A DNA stretch of 64,000 nt, taken from contig JBIJBE010000014.1 of the NCBI GenBank assembly GCA_044345405.1, positions 17,170 to 81,169 of the forward strand, read 5' to 3'. Shown here in pieces: positions 40,390 through 50,311 of this stretch (its first letter is position 1; each line of letters opens with the position of its first letter). The stretch comes from Bdellovibrionota bacterium. GTDB lineage: Bacteria > Bdellovibrionota_C > UBA2361 > OMII01. The notes beneath the pieces were generated by a model. The model saw only the letters and a program-made list of their open reading frames with translations, did no database searches and was not told the DNA's origin. Made by a program: the position numbers and the translations under genes.

Positions 40390-42720
40390 TTGCGGTATGC
40401 TGTAACAAGGGAGCGGCCTCCGGGTAGCCGTAAGCATCTTATTTCCTTGGGGTCTTTTTATGTGCCCCTCTGCGTACTGGAAGATGGAAAGATGACAGCC
40501 TACCGCTTCCGATGTGTTGAAGTGCTGATGACGGCCATCCTATGGAGCCTCGGCTCCATCTCGGCCGTGTACGCCGCGAGCCAGACGGTTGGCACCACCA
40601 CCAACCCGGGCGATGTGCAGATTGTGGTCGATGATCTCGGAGCGGTTCGGTTCGTCAGTAATGATAACAATCAAATTCAAGACCAATGGATCTGTCAGAA
40701 CGCTGAGTGCTCCGACCTCAGTAACGGCATTACTATCGCGTTCGATGATGGAGCCTCAAAACAGTTTCGTACTCGATTCTTTGCGGCGGGCACCCTCGTT
40801 ACTCCCGTCAGCAACACGAAGGATGGAAACAAGGTAATTACCGTCTACCGATTGGGGAGCTCCCCTAATGATCCGTTGGTAACTCAAGAGGTCATCCTCG
40901 ATCCGCCAAACCGACTCTATGACATCGCTTGGACGATATCGATTCCGAGTGGGGGAGTTTCGATAACATCGCTCCAGTTCGTGCACGGAGGAGACACCAA
41001 CCTTTTAGGTAACGATTACGGGTACGGAACATGGGATGCCAGTTCACATACCGTGAGTGTTCGGCCAGATCCGAGTGAGGGTTCTGGAGCGATGAGTCTT
41101 ATCGGAGTAACCCCTCCTGACGCGTTTGAGGCCAGAAATTACACGCAAGTCAAACAACGCGGGGAGACATTCTCACTAGCGAATGTGGTTGAACCAGCTA
41201 CCGTCGATATCGGCATGGCCCTTCAGTGGAATCTTAACACTTTATCGGCTGGAGGTTCCGTTACGATTCGGAACGTCGTCCTGCTCAACACTACCACCGA
41301 TCCCGCGACTCCCACTCCGAGCGCGGGAACACCCGCCGCGACCGCTACTCCGACGAGAACGTCGACCCCTGAGAATACCCCAACCGCCACAGCAACCGGA
41401 ACGGCGACAAATACGCCAACGTCCACGATTTCGGCTACGCCAACCGAAACGGCAACCTCCACCGTAACTCCGACAGTAACGGTGACCCCAACCGTCACCT
41501 CCACAGCGACACCCGGGTTCAATTCGACCCCGGATCCAGGTATCGGCGGCGTTGCGCCTCCCGTATTTGATGGTTTAGCCGGCGGCGCGACAAGCGCTTC
41601 GCGCCCGATCCTAAAGGGCTCCTCGACGATTGGAGGCTCGGTCTCAATTATGATCGATAGCGTAAGCGTAGGCAGCGCTCCCGTTGCCAAGGACGGAACC
41701 TTCTCATTTCAGGTGCCATCACCGCTCGCCGTCGGAGCTCATGAGGTGAAAGGAAAAACGGTCCTCTCTGATGGTAGCGAGAGCGCCTACTCACTCCCTG
41801 TCATCATCACGGTTCGGCGAGAGGCTGTTCTTGATTTTGATGGTGATGGCATTACGGATTTGACGGGGCACACTGTGAGAGGCGCTCGAACCATCTTCCA
41901 GAGTCTCTTGAGCACCTCAAGCAAAATCAGCTCCGCTTCGATCGATGGGTGGTTTCCGGCACCCGCGGATTACGATGGTGACGGTCGGTGGGATGTCGGC
42001 GCCATAGGGGTCGCGAACGAGGCGTTGATATGGAGCATCAAACCTAGTGGAACTGGCGTACTTACAGCCCGATCATTCGGAAGTTCGGGAGATATAGCTC
42101 TGGTGGGATGCCGCTTTGGCGATTCAGGTGAATACTCACTTGCGGTAGTGAAGGGGCGCTACGTGCGGTATCGCACACTCACCGGCCGATCTCGAGGTGC
42201 GTTCGCCGTCGACGCCTCCGATATGGGACAGGTCCTTGGATGCGGTGATGTTGATGGGGATGGAGTTGATGAGTTAATAGTCTCGACTCGTGAGAGCCGA
42301 GGGATTAATCGTGTGACCGCGGTGAATCGCTCGGGTAAGCGCCGCTACGTGAAGAACATCTCGCGGTTCGTGAACGCGTTCATCGCTCGTGAGGTAGAGT
42401 CTGGGGCTCCAGTACTCGGTGCTCTGCGTGGAACAGGAAGGGATAGTAAGTCCTCTGAGCTTCGGGCGCTTCGTGGAACTTTTGATTTCCCGATTGTGCA
42501 GCTTCCAAGCTCGCTCGATGTGGCCTCTGGCACCTTTGTGCGCGGGGATGGTGCCTCTTTAACAAGTGGCATTACCTGGCAGAGAAGGGGGACCCGAGAT
42601 GTCCTTCGCCTGTTGTCGCTCGAGAAAACGCCGACTAAGGTGCTTAAACTCGCCAAGGGATATCGAGTCACCAAACCGCAAGATAGTCGACGAGTCGCCG
42701 GCTCTCGTGGGAAGCGATAG
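40390..42720 (+). CDS. Secreted multidomain protein: N-terminal beta domain, Pro/Thr linker, Ig-like domain, FG-GAP/VCBS-like repeats
   Basis: Signal-like segment, (TP/TA)n linker, DFDGDGITD, DYDGDGRWD, DVDGDGVDE; true start probably near 40492. Confidence 0.8.
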   Translation: MRYAVTRERPPGSRKHLISLGSFYVPLCVLEDGKMTAYRFRCVEVLMTAILWSLGSISAVYAASQTVGTTTNPGDVQIVVDDLGAVRFVSNDNNQIQDQWICQNAECSDLSNGITIAFDDGASKQFRTRFFAAGTLVTPVSNTKDGNKVITVYRLGSSPNDPLVTQEVILDPPNRLYDIAWTISIPSGGVSITSLQFVHGGDTNLLGNDYGYGTWDASSHTVSVRPDPSEGSGAMSLIGVTPPDAFEARNYTQVKQRGETFSLANVVEPATVDIGMALQWNLNTLSAGGSVTIRNVVLLNTTTDPATPTPSAGTPAATATPTRTSTPENTPTATATGTATNTPTSTISATPTETATSTVTPTVTVTPTVTSTATPGFNSTPDPGIGGVAPPVFDGLAGGATSASRPILKGSSTIGGSVSIMIDSVSVGSAPVAKDGTFSFQVPSPLAVGAHEVKGKTVLSDGSESAYSLPVIITVRREAVLDFDGDGITDLTGHTVRGARTIFQSLLSTSSKISSASIDGWFPAPADYDGDGRWDVGAIGVANEALIWSIKPSGTGVLTARSFGSSGDIALVGCRFGDSGEYSLAVVKGRYVRYRTLTGRSRGAFAVDASDMGQVLGCGDVDGDGVDELIVSTRESRGINRVTAVNRSGKRRYVKNISRFVNAFIAREVESGAPVLGALRGTGRDSKSSELRALRGTFDFPIVQLPSSLDVASGTFVRGDGASLTSGITWQRRGTRDVLRLLSLEKTPTKVLKLAKGYRVTKPQDSRRVAGSRGKR

Positions 42721-43217
42721 TCTTTGCGGGCTCCACTCGACTTTAGAGTGTCGAACGATCTCCCCACCTACCATGTACAGAACATCTTCCGCGACATTCC
42801 GGAAATTGTCTCCGAGTATCTTGAGATTTAGAGATACTGAGGATGAGGCGCCCAACACCGTCCGCACCTTTGCCTCGGCACCTTGAAAATCGATGTGAGC
42901 TTTGCGAGTCGCCGTCAGCGCCTCCATCTTTCGTGCCCGACTCGCGATGTTAGACGCCAGGTCGCCGAACCGTTCGAGAACGTTGTTGATCTTGAGGCCC
43001 GGCCGCGGGGCTTGAGGGTCCAATCGACGATGATGACGTGGACGATGGACGTGGGACCACGACGGTAACCCTCTACATGTATCGGTTGACTTTGTACCGT
43101 CCTCGTCGACGTCACCGACAAACCTGCTGGCGCGAGCGCACGGGTAGGAGTCATAAAAAACGCGAGCCGGGAAGCTAGTTCCCAGCTCGCGTCTCATGAA
43201 GAACCACAAAGGTAGTT

Positions 43218-43550
43218 TTAGTACTCTTTGTCGATCTCGTCGTCAGATACCTTCTCGCCGTTGATAGCGCGGCGGAGAAGTTGGCTCGGCTTGAACTTCA
43301 CAACGCGACGAGCGCGAAGGATGATCGTTTCACGAGTTTGAGGATTGCGTCCCCGACGAGCTGGCTTTGACTTAACTTCGTAGCATCCGAAGCCTGACAG
43401 CATCACCTTCGCCTCTTTATCGAGAGCCTCTTTGATAAGCTCTACGTAATCTTCCACGATGTCCGCGGCCTTCTGCTTATCGATATCGATAGCAGCGTAA
43501 ATCGCGTCAGCGAGGTCAGCTTTAGTTAAACAGTAACGTGTATTGCCCAT
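43218..43550 (-). CDS. ihfA: Integration host factor alpha-like / HU family DNA-binding protein
   Basis: LTKADLA, VMLSGFG, RRGRNPQT, RRVVKFKPSQLLR; the ORF track start is 43589. Confidence 0.85.
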   Translation of the reverse strand: MGNTRYCLTKADLADAIYAAIDIDKQKAADIVEDYVELIKEALDKEAKVMLSGFGCYEVKSKPARRGRNPQTRETIILRARRVVKFKPSQLLRRAINGEKVSDDEIDKEY

Positions 43551-43954
43551 ATAGGAGCTCTCCCCTTGAAGGTATCGATCGGAATTCAATTAACGTACTA
43601 ATCAAGCAATGACAAGTGGTTACACGCAAGTAGCCGGAACCGTGTCAATCGCCTGTACAGCTCTCTCGCTCGAGGATGGCTCTAACTACCTGAATATCTT
43701 AGCTTTGTGATTTGTGCCCGAAATTGGCAAAAACCAAACAACGCTATGAAATCGGCGGGTTGGGACCCCTCGACGAACGGGTTTTAAGCCGTTCGCCAGA
43801 TCGCTTCCATATACCTAAGACGCTCCAAAGAGGGGGAAAAGATTCAATAACTTAGAAAATTTGCTCCTCTTTCGCCCCCACGGGTGCACGGCAGAGCTTA
43901 ACGCCGAATTCCTTGTCTTACTGGTAGTTAGGTCTCCTGTACGAACATTCAGAC

Positions 43955-44134
43955 GTGAACGTGCTCGTGCTCGTAAACGTGAACGTCCCCACGATCCGAG
44001 AGGTAACCTGGAGCGCATGTAGTCACGTTGGTTGTCGCGACCTTACCGCAGTGTTACGCACCGCGCTCTCATCCGGCACGAGCCGGAGCTGTCGGGTACC
44101 TTCACGTTCACGTTTACGAGCACGTTCACGTGGG
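43955..44134. repeat. Inverted pair of 6-bp-period GTNNAC arrays
   Basis: GTGAAC GTGCTC GTGCTC GTAAAC GTGAAC GTCCCC (43955-43990) and GGGTAC CTTCAC GTTCAC GTTTAC GAGCAC GTTCAC GTGGG (44094-44134). Confidence 0.85.
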
Positions 44135-44159
44135 CAGATCATATGGGTCGAAAGCGCGC

Positions 44160-47100
44160 TTACTCGATCTCCGGAAGGGGACTGAAGAGATTTTCGAGAT
44201 CCGCCTTGGCGAGCTTAAGTGTCGAGAGTCCGTTCTCATTGACGAGCGCGTCAACGAGCTTCGACTTCTTCTCTTTAAGCGCCATGATCTTCTGTTCAAC
44301 AGAATCTTCAGTGACCAATCGGTACACGGAAACCGTTTTGTTCTGACCGATACGGTGCGCTCGATCGACAGCTTGGCTCTCCACCGCTGGGTTCCACCAT
44401 GGGTCGTAGATGATCACGGTGTCGGCCGCCATCAAGTTGAGACCGGCGCCTCCAGCCTTCAAGCTGATAAGGAAGAGGCGAACGGACTCGTCCTGAGAGA
44501 ACTGATCGATAAGTTCCTGACGGTTACGTGTAGCTCCATCGAGGTAGAGGTACTTGGTCTGCTGTTCATCCAACCACGTGCGGATGATGTTCAGCATTCC
44601 CCGGAATTGACTAAACAGGAGTATCTTTCGTCCTGACTCAAGGGCCTCGATCGTAAGATCTTTGAGAAGGTTGAACTTACCCGAATCGTATCCAGCGAGG
44701 TCCTCAAACGCCTCGATGGAGTTCGGATGATTACATACCTGTCGCAACCGGAGGAGGGCGGCCAAGATAGAAACGCTCGCTCCCGCGACCCCCTTCTTTT
44801 TAATGGCGTCGAAGACCTTCGGCCGAACCTCGTTGAGGATCTGCGCGTACATCTGTCGCTGACTTGGGGTCATGTCCACGTGGAGCACTGACTCAATCTT
44901 TGGTGGAAGCTCCTTCTCAACGTCCGCTTTAAGGCGTCGAAGGATGAAGGGGCGGGTTTTCCCGTTCAGAAGCTGAGCGACCTGTACCGAGGTCCCACCC
45001 TCGAGGATCGGACGTTCGATATTGGCTCTGAAGAACTCGTAGGATCCAAGGTACCCCGGCATGAGGAAATCCATGATCGACCAAAGTTCCATCGGTCGAT
45101 TCTCGGTGGGAGTTCCGGTCAAGGCCAAGCGATGGCGGGCTCTAATAGCTTTCGCCGCTTTGGTGGTCGCCGCTTGTGGATTCTTAATATTTTGAGCCTC
45201 ATCGAGTACGATGTGTGAGAACTCGTATCGCTCGAGGTCATACCGATCGACCCGCAAGAGGGCGTAGGAGGTGAGCACGATATCCGTATCGGGGATCTGC
45301 TCGAAGAGCGCTTTCCGTCCCGGACCGTGCAACATAATGCTGCTCATCTCCGGGGTGAACTTCTTAATCTCGTAGCTCCAGTTGGTGATAACGGAGGTTG
45401 GCGCGACGATCAAGATCGGCTTCTTCGCCCCCTTCTTCTTGCCCCGCTTGTCCTTCAAGCTTTGGAAGAAGGCGAGGGTCTGAACCGTTTTTCCGAGACC
45501 CATCTCATCCGCGAGGATTCCACCGAGCTCAAACTCATAGAGGAAGTTAAGCCAGCTCACGCCCTCCTCTTGGTAGTGGCGAAGTTTTCCGATGAATCCC
45601 TTCGATGGTTTGACAGGTTTAATCTCTGAGAAGGTTGAGAGCTTCTCATTGAGCGCCGCGAGTTTGCGATCGAGGGAGATCGAGAAACCGGTGTCGGTAA
45701 TTCGTCCGAGGCTTATCGCTTGAGCGAGAGAGAGCTTCGTCTTGATCGTGTTGCTCACCCGCGCGTTTGGATCGACCATGCCAAGGATGGTGCGAAGGTG
45801 CGCCATGCTGCCGCCAGGAATGCGCGCGTACGCCCCGCTATCGAGACGGGTCCATCGATCGGCGTCTCCACGTGCGTTTTTAAATACCGCGGAGAGGGGG
45901 AGGTTGGCGTTGTTCTGCACGACGGAGACGTGACAGTCGAACCAATCAATGCTTCCTCCGGCAAGACCTGAGGAGGTCGCGTTCTCCAGGGCGTCGAGAT
46001 CCTTCTTAGCGGACGCGCCAGAGAGGGAAACCGCGATCTTAAGTTCCGCGAATCGAATTCCTTTCTTGACCGCCTCAAGTCCGACTACCTTCCATCTTTC
46101 TCCAAGTTGGTTGCTCGTTTCGTGCGCGAAGTCGAGCGCTGAGTCCCCTTGAATCGAGTATCGGCGGGGTTCCGGTGTCGTGGAGAACCCGAGGGTCGTG
46201 AGTAACGTGATGGCTTCGCGCTCCAGCTGCTTGTTTCTGAGGTAGACGACGTTTGAGTTGTTCGCGGGAACGGGATACTCGAAATCGAGGGCGGCCGATA
46301 TCTCGATACTTCTGTGCGATGTGAAGTGATCGGAGGCCACGTCCCGACGCTCCAGGTGAAGGATCGGGGTAGGGTCCTTAACTTCAACAGAGGGTTGAAG
46401 CTCACTGTTCGCGACCTTTAGAGATGGGGTGGAGGTGCCCTCAAGTTCCATGAGGACCTCAAGGATTGGACCGACCTGAGGGCGGCTCAGATTGAGGGTC
46501 TGGTTTGGGCCGAAGATAGACGCGATGCGAGCGCCTTGGGGTGATAGTCGATAGATCCGGTTGCCGACAAAGGTCCAGAAAGGTCCGGTTCCGAAGATGT
46601 CGCGAGTCTTCTCGATCTCTAGAGAGCCCTCGCTCGCTGGGGTTATCCAGTGCATCGATATCTCTAGGTTCGATGATCTCCACGAGAGGGTAAGCGCCGC
46701 CGAGAGTGGCTCGTGGCTAAGGGTGATCGGTTGAAGGTTGTTGATCTCTAAAACTGTCTCAAACTCCTCAATGAGTCCGAGCACGAGTTCGATCCCCTTG
46801 CTTGAGTTGATGTACCATAGGCGACTCGCTTCGTCCCAAGAACCCTCGTCCTCAAGAATTTGAAGCAGAAGATTATCGAGGGCTCGAGTAGAGGTAGGCC
46901 GAAATCCATCGAAAATAGTGGGTTCTTGCTCCTGTTCATCAAAGAGCACCTTCATGCCGAGTCTGTCACTGTTGAGGTCGAGTACGATGGCGACTTGCGG
47001 GGTTATCGACGCTACCGTTGAGCTCTGCCCGGTCAGATCCGGTGTTGACGCTTGGGCGTCGAGAGTTTGTATGTCTCGAAGCGCTTGGGCGATATCGCTC

Positions 47101-47471
47101 GGGGATGACGCGTTCACGCGGAACGTGGACTCTCGTTCGGAGAAGCCTCCACGAGGCTCAAAGAACTCGAGCTCGGCCGCTCTCCACAACATCGCTACCG
47201 CGTGCGGGCACCACTGCTCTTGGAGATCCTCGCGTGAGCAGCAGGAACATACCGCGTCTACCTCATGGGAGGAGACAACGTGGAGTGAGACCGAGTGCGT
47301 GGTGTTCTCATCCTCGCGCACGATCCCGGAGATGACGTGATTGCTTGAGCTGCACTCTCCGACCATGTCTTGAGACGCCCACCCGATGCCCCGCTCTACA
47401 ACAGAAAATGGAGCAAGCTTTTTGAGGTGGCTGAGGATTTTGGACTTGGAGGAGGGGTGCGAACCAATCAT
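44160..47471 (-). CDS. SWIM zinc finger-SNF2 family helicase/ATPase
   Basis: CSC..WCPHAVA SWIM motif; LADEMGLGKT, LDEAQNIKN, LTGTPTEN, LRLRQVCNHP, DPWWNPAVESQAVDRAHRIGQ. Confidence 0.95.
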   Translation of the reverse strand: MIGSHPSSKSKILSHLKKLAPFSVVERGIGWASQDMVGECSSSNHVISGIVREDENTTHSVSLHVVSSHEVDAVCSCCSREDLQEQWCPHAVAMLWRAAELEFFEPRGGFSERESTFRVNASSPSDIAQALRDIQTLDAQASTPDLTGQSSTVASITPQVAIVLDLNSDRLGMKVLFDEQEQEPTIFDGFRPTSTRALDNLLLQILEDEGSWDEASRLWYINSSKGIELVLGLIEEFETVLEINNLQPITLSHEPLSAALTLSWRSSNLEISMHWITPASEGSLEIEKTRDIFGTGPFWTFVGNRIYRLSPQGARIASIFGPNQTLNLSRPQVGPILEVLMELEGTSTPSLKVANSELQPSVEVKDPTPILHLERRDVASDHFTSHRSIEISAALDFEYPVPANNSNVVYLRNKQLEREAITLLTTLGFSTTPEPRRYSIQGDSALDFAHETSNQLGERWKVVGLEAVKKGIRFAELKIAVSLSGASAKKDLDALENATSSGLAGGSIDWFDCHVSVVQNNANLPLSAVFKNARGDADRWTRLDSGAYARIPGGSMAHLRTILGMVDPNARVSNTIKTKLSLAQAISLGRITDTGFSISLDRKLAALNEKLSTFSEIKPVKPSKGFIGKLRHYQEEGVSWLNFLYEFELGGILADEMGLGKTVQTLAFFQSLKDKRGKKKGAKKPILIVAPTSVITNWSYEIKKFTPEMSSIMLHGPGRKALFEQIPDTDIVLTSYALLRVDRYDLERYEFSHIVLDEAQNIKNPQAATTKAAKAIRARHRLALTGTPTENRPMELWSIMDFLMPGYLGSYEFFRANIERPILEGGTSVQVAQLLNGKTRPFILRRLKADVEKELPPKIESVLHVDMTPSQRQMYAQILNEVRPKVFDAIKKKGVAGASVSILAALLRLRQVCNHPNSIEAFEDLAGYDSGKFNLLKDLTIEALESGRKILLFSQFRGMLNIIRTWLDEQQTKYLYLDGATRNRQELIDQFSQDESVRLFLISLKAGGAGLNLMAADTVIIYDPWWNPAVESQAVDRAHRIGQNKTVSVYRLVTEDSVEQKIMALKEKKSKLVDALVNENGLSTLKLAKADLENLFSPLPEIE

Positions 47472-47574
47472 CCGAACACGGTAGCATAGGCGATGGATTT
47501 TAGGCAGAGGGGGGAGGGGGAAATCCGGCTTGAAATCATGTAAACCCGCCCGATCCCCAAAAGAGAGACCCGCC

Positions 47575-47616
47575 GGGTACGGGAGCGTTCACGTTCACGT
47601 GCGCGTGAACGAGCAA
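47575..47616. repeat. Single-arm GTNNAC array
   Basis: GGGTAC GGGAGC GTTCAC GTTCAC GTGCGC GTGAAC GAGCAA; same orientation as the arm at 44094. Confidence 0.7.
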
Positions 47617-47712
47617 CGGGGGATGGTAGGTGGTGGGGAGGAGAGGGCGATAGTCGATTTTTCTTAAAGAGTTACTTCCGTTTATCCCCCTCTCGCTATA
47701 GCATCCCTCCGT

Positions 47713-48942
47713 ATGGAAAAGCGGTATTCGTTCCCACGTGAAAAGATGAAGATCCTCCTCTTGGAGGGGGTGCACCAAGCCTGTACGGACCGATTCTCTC
47801 AATCGGGATACCAGCCAGAGCTTCTCAAGAACGCGTTGACCGAGGAGGAGCTCCTCAGGGTGATTCCTGGTGTTCACGTGCTTGGTATTCGCTCGAAGAC
47901 GCAGGTGTCTAAAAAGGTGCTGGACGCCGCTGAAAGCCTCCTCGCTATCGGGTGTTTTTGTATCGGAACGGACCAAGTAGATCTTTCGGCCGCGGCCGTG
48001 CGGGGAGTACCGGTCTACAACGCCCCATTCAGTAATACTCGAAGCGTCGCCGAGCTTGCGATGGCTGAGATGGTCATGTTAGCTCGTCGCGCCGCGCACA
48101 AGAGTCAGCTTCTGCACCGAGGGGTATGGGAGAAGTCAGCTGAGGGGTGCGTGGAGGTTCGAAACAAGACCGTTGGTTTAATCGGATACGGACACATCGG
48201 TCCACAGGTGGGGCTTCTTGCCGAGTCGTTTGGCATGAAGGTGTACTACTTCGATATCGTCGGAAAGCTCCCGTTCGGTAACGCGACCCCAGTGGCCTCC
48301 CTTGAGGAACTGCTCAAGGTGTCCGACTTCGTTTCGTTGCACGTTCCCGAGACCGCCGAAACAAGAAACATGATCGGCGCTCGAGAATTGGGATTGATGA
48401 AGAAGGGCGCGTTCCTTCTCAACCTCAGTCGCGGCAAGGTGGTTGATCTTGAGGCGGTGCGTGACGCCCTTCACTCGGGAACCCTTGGTGGCGCGGCTAT
48501 CGACGTGTTTCCTCAGGAGCCGGCTTCGAATGACGATCCGTTCTCTACTCCCCTTATGGGAGTGGATAACGTCATCCTTACGCCGCACATCGGTGGAAGC
48601 ACGATCGAGGCGCAGCGCAATATCGGCCTCGAGGTCGCGACGACTCTGCTTAAGTTTATAGAGGTGGGAAGCACCACCGGTTCTGTGAACTTCCCTCAGG
48701 TGGAATTGCCGCTTGTACGAGATAGTCACCGAATCCTGAACATCCACCGGAATGTCCCGGGTGTGTTGAGCTCAATTAATACGATCATCGCCGAGATGGG
48801 TGGAAACATCCAGGCGCAGTACCTTAACACCCTCGGGGAGGTTGGTTACTTGATTATCGATGTTGATCACCAGATCTCGCAGGTGGTGAAGGGTAAGATC
48901 GACGAACTTCCGACAAGTATCAAAACGAGACTCCTCTTCTAA
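47713..48942 (+). CDS. serA: D-3-phosphoglycerate dehydrogenase with ACT domain
   Basis: GIRSKT, GCFCIGTDQV, NAPFSNTRSVAEL, GYGHIG, LTPHIGGST, HRNVPGVL. Confidence 0.97.
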   Translation: MEKRYSFPREKMKILLLEGVHQACTDRFSQSGYQPELLKNALTEEELLRVIPGVHVLGIRSKTQVSKKVLDAAESLLAIGCFCIGTDQVDLSAAAVRGVPVYNAPFSNTRSVAELAMAEMVMLARRAAHKSQLLHRGVWEKSAEGCVEVRNKTVGLIGYGHIGPQVGLLAESFGMKVYYFDIVGKLPFGNATPVASLEELLKVSDFVSLHVPETAETRNMIGARELGLMKKGAFLLNLSRGKVVDLEAVRDALHSGTLGGAAIDVFPQEPASNDDPFSTPLMGVDNVILTPHIGGSTIEAQRNIGLEVATTLLKFIEVGSTTGSVNFPQVELPLVRDSHRILNIHRNVPGVLSSINTIIAEMGGNIQAQYLNTLGEVGYLIIDVDHQISQVVKGKIDELPTSIKTRLLF

Positions 48943-48955
48943 GACACGTCGCACT

Positions 48956-50302
48956 ATGAAAACAGCAGTCATTGGGGGCGGTATCACCGGACTCGTAGCG
49001 GCCTACGAGCTCGTTAAGGCGGGCTATCGCCCTCTCATCATCGAGCCGGGGCAGTTTGGTGGAATGGTCAGGTCGAAATCGTTAGACGGCTTTACCTTGG
49101 AGCAGGGGCCGAACGTTCTCGTTGAGCGTCCCGCGATGAAGGAGTTGCTCACGGAGTTGGGGCTGATGGATCGGGTTCGTTATCCGATCGTGAATCCGTA
49201 CGGTCAGTTCGTGTGGTGTCGTGGTCGGCCGATGAAGGTGCCGAGTGGATTGGGCGAGTTTCTAAGAAGCCCACTTTTTGCGTGGTCAACGAAGCTCTCG
49301 CTCCCGTTCAAGTTGTGTATGCCGGGGCTGCTGAAGCCACGAGCCGATGATGTATCGATCCTTGAGTTCTTTACTCCGATCATCGGAGAGGAGTCCGTGC
49401 GTGATCTCCTCGATCCGGTGTTAAAAGGCATTTATGGTGGCGACGTTGAGAAGTTGAGCGCTCGTACGATCTTTCCTGGGTTGTGGGATGCCGCGACGCG
49501 AGGATTGTCGTTGATAGGGTATATGCGACGCAGACCACGAGGTAGCCGCCCCTCGATTATGGTATTAGAGGGTGGAACGCAAACGGTTACCGATACCCTC
49601 GCCGAACGTATTCGCGGACGAGCGGACAAGCTTGAGGCTGGCGTGGATAGAATCGAACAGCTCTCTCCACGTGGGTACCGGCTTGTGTGCTCCGATGGTT
49701 CTTTGGTTGATGTTGACGCGTGTGTCGTGACGCCTGCAGGATCGCCGCTCGCCACCATGGTGGAAGGGCTCGATCCTCACTTCGCTACCATGATTCGTGG
49801 GCAGGAGTACGCGTCGCTCTCGGTTGTTCACCTCGCGGTGTCACGACGGGAGCCTTTGATTAAGGACGCCTTTGGGGTCCTGTTTCAAGCGGGACAGCCG
49901 AACGATCTATTGGGGGTGATGTTTAACTCTCAGCTTTTCCCTCATGTAGCGCCGCCGGATAAACACATCCTGACAGCGATGATTGGAGGCGCGCAGGCTC
50001 GCTCGAAAGTCGTCGATGAGGCGAGCTTGCGGGAACGGTTACCGCGACAGCTCTCTGAGTTGCTCGGTGTATCGAGCGTAGAGTGGTTGAGTCTCACCTC
50101 GTGGCGGGACGCGGTTCCGCAACTCAAAGTTGGGCACCACAACGTTATCGCGGCGCTCGACAAAGCCGAGAGTGATCATCCTGGCCTTGTGTTCGCGGGG
50201 ATTGATCGCGGAGGTGTGGGAGTTACCGATCGTGTTCGTGTAGCTCGCGAGGCCGTTCAGCGTGTGTATCGAAAGGTCTCAGAAGTAAGAAGCGTAGCGT
50301 AG
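48956..50302 (+). CDS. hemY: Protoporphyrinogen oxidase (HemY-type, FAD-dependent)
   Basis: GGGITGL FAD motif, EQGPN, GIYGGD..LS, FGVL, LGVMFNSQLFP; adjacent to hemH. Confidence 0.9.
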   Translation: MKTAVIGGGITGLVAAYELVKAGYRPLIIEPGQFGGMVRSKSLDGFTLEQGPNVLVERPAMKELLTELGLMDRVRYPIVNPYGQFVWCRGRPMKVPSGLGEFLRSPLFAWSTKLSLPFKLCMPGLLKPRADDVSILEFFTPIIGEESVRDLLDPVLKGIYGGDVEKLSARTIFPGLWDAATRGLSLIGYMRRRPRGSRPSIMVLEGGTQTVTDTLAERIRGRADKLEAGVDRIEQLSPRGYRLVCSDGSLVDVDACVVTPAGSPLATMVEGLDPHFATMIRGQEYASLSVVHLAVSRREPLIKDAFGVLFQAGQPNDLLGVMFNSQLFPHVAPPDKHILTAMIGGAQARSKVVDEASLRERLPRQLSELLGVSSVEWLSLTSWRDAVPQLKVGHHNVIAALDKAESDHPGLVFAGIDRGGVGVTDRVRVAREAVQRVYRKVSEVRSVA

Positions 50303-50311
50303 GAGCGTGAA

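Noticed and set aside
41290-41535. Low-complexity ACN/CCN-rich DNA
   Set aside because: Explained by the Pro/Thr linker of the secreted protein.
44160-47471. SNF2 as part of an anti-phage defence system
   Set aside because: The SWIM-SNF2 architecture is a common stand-alone type, and there are no adjacent methylase, nuclease or other defence genes.
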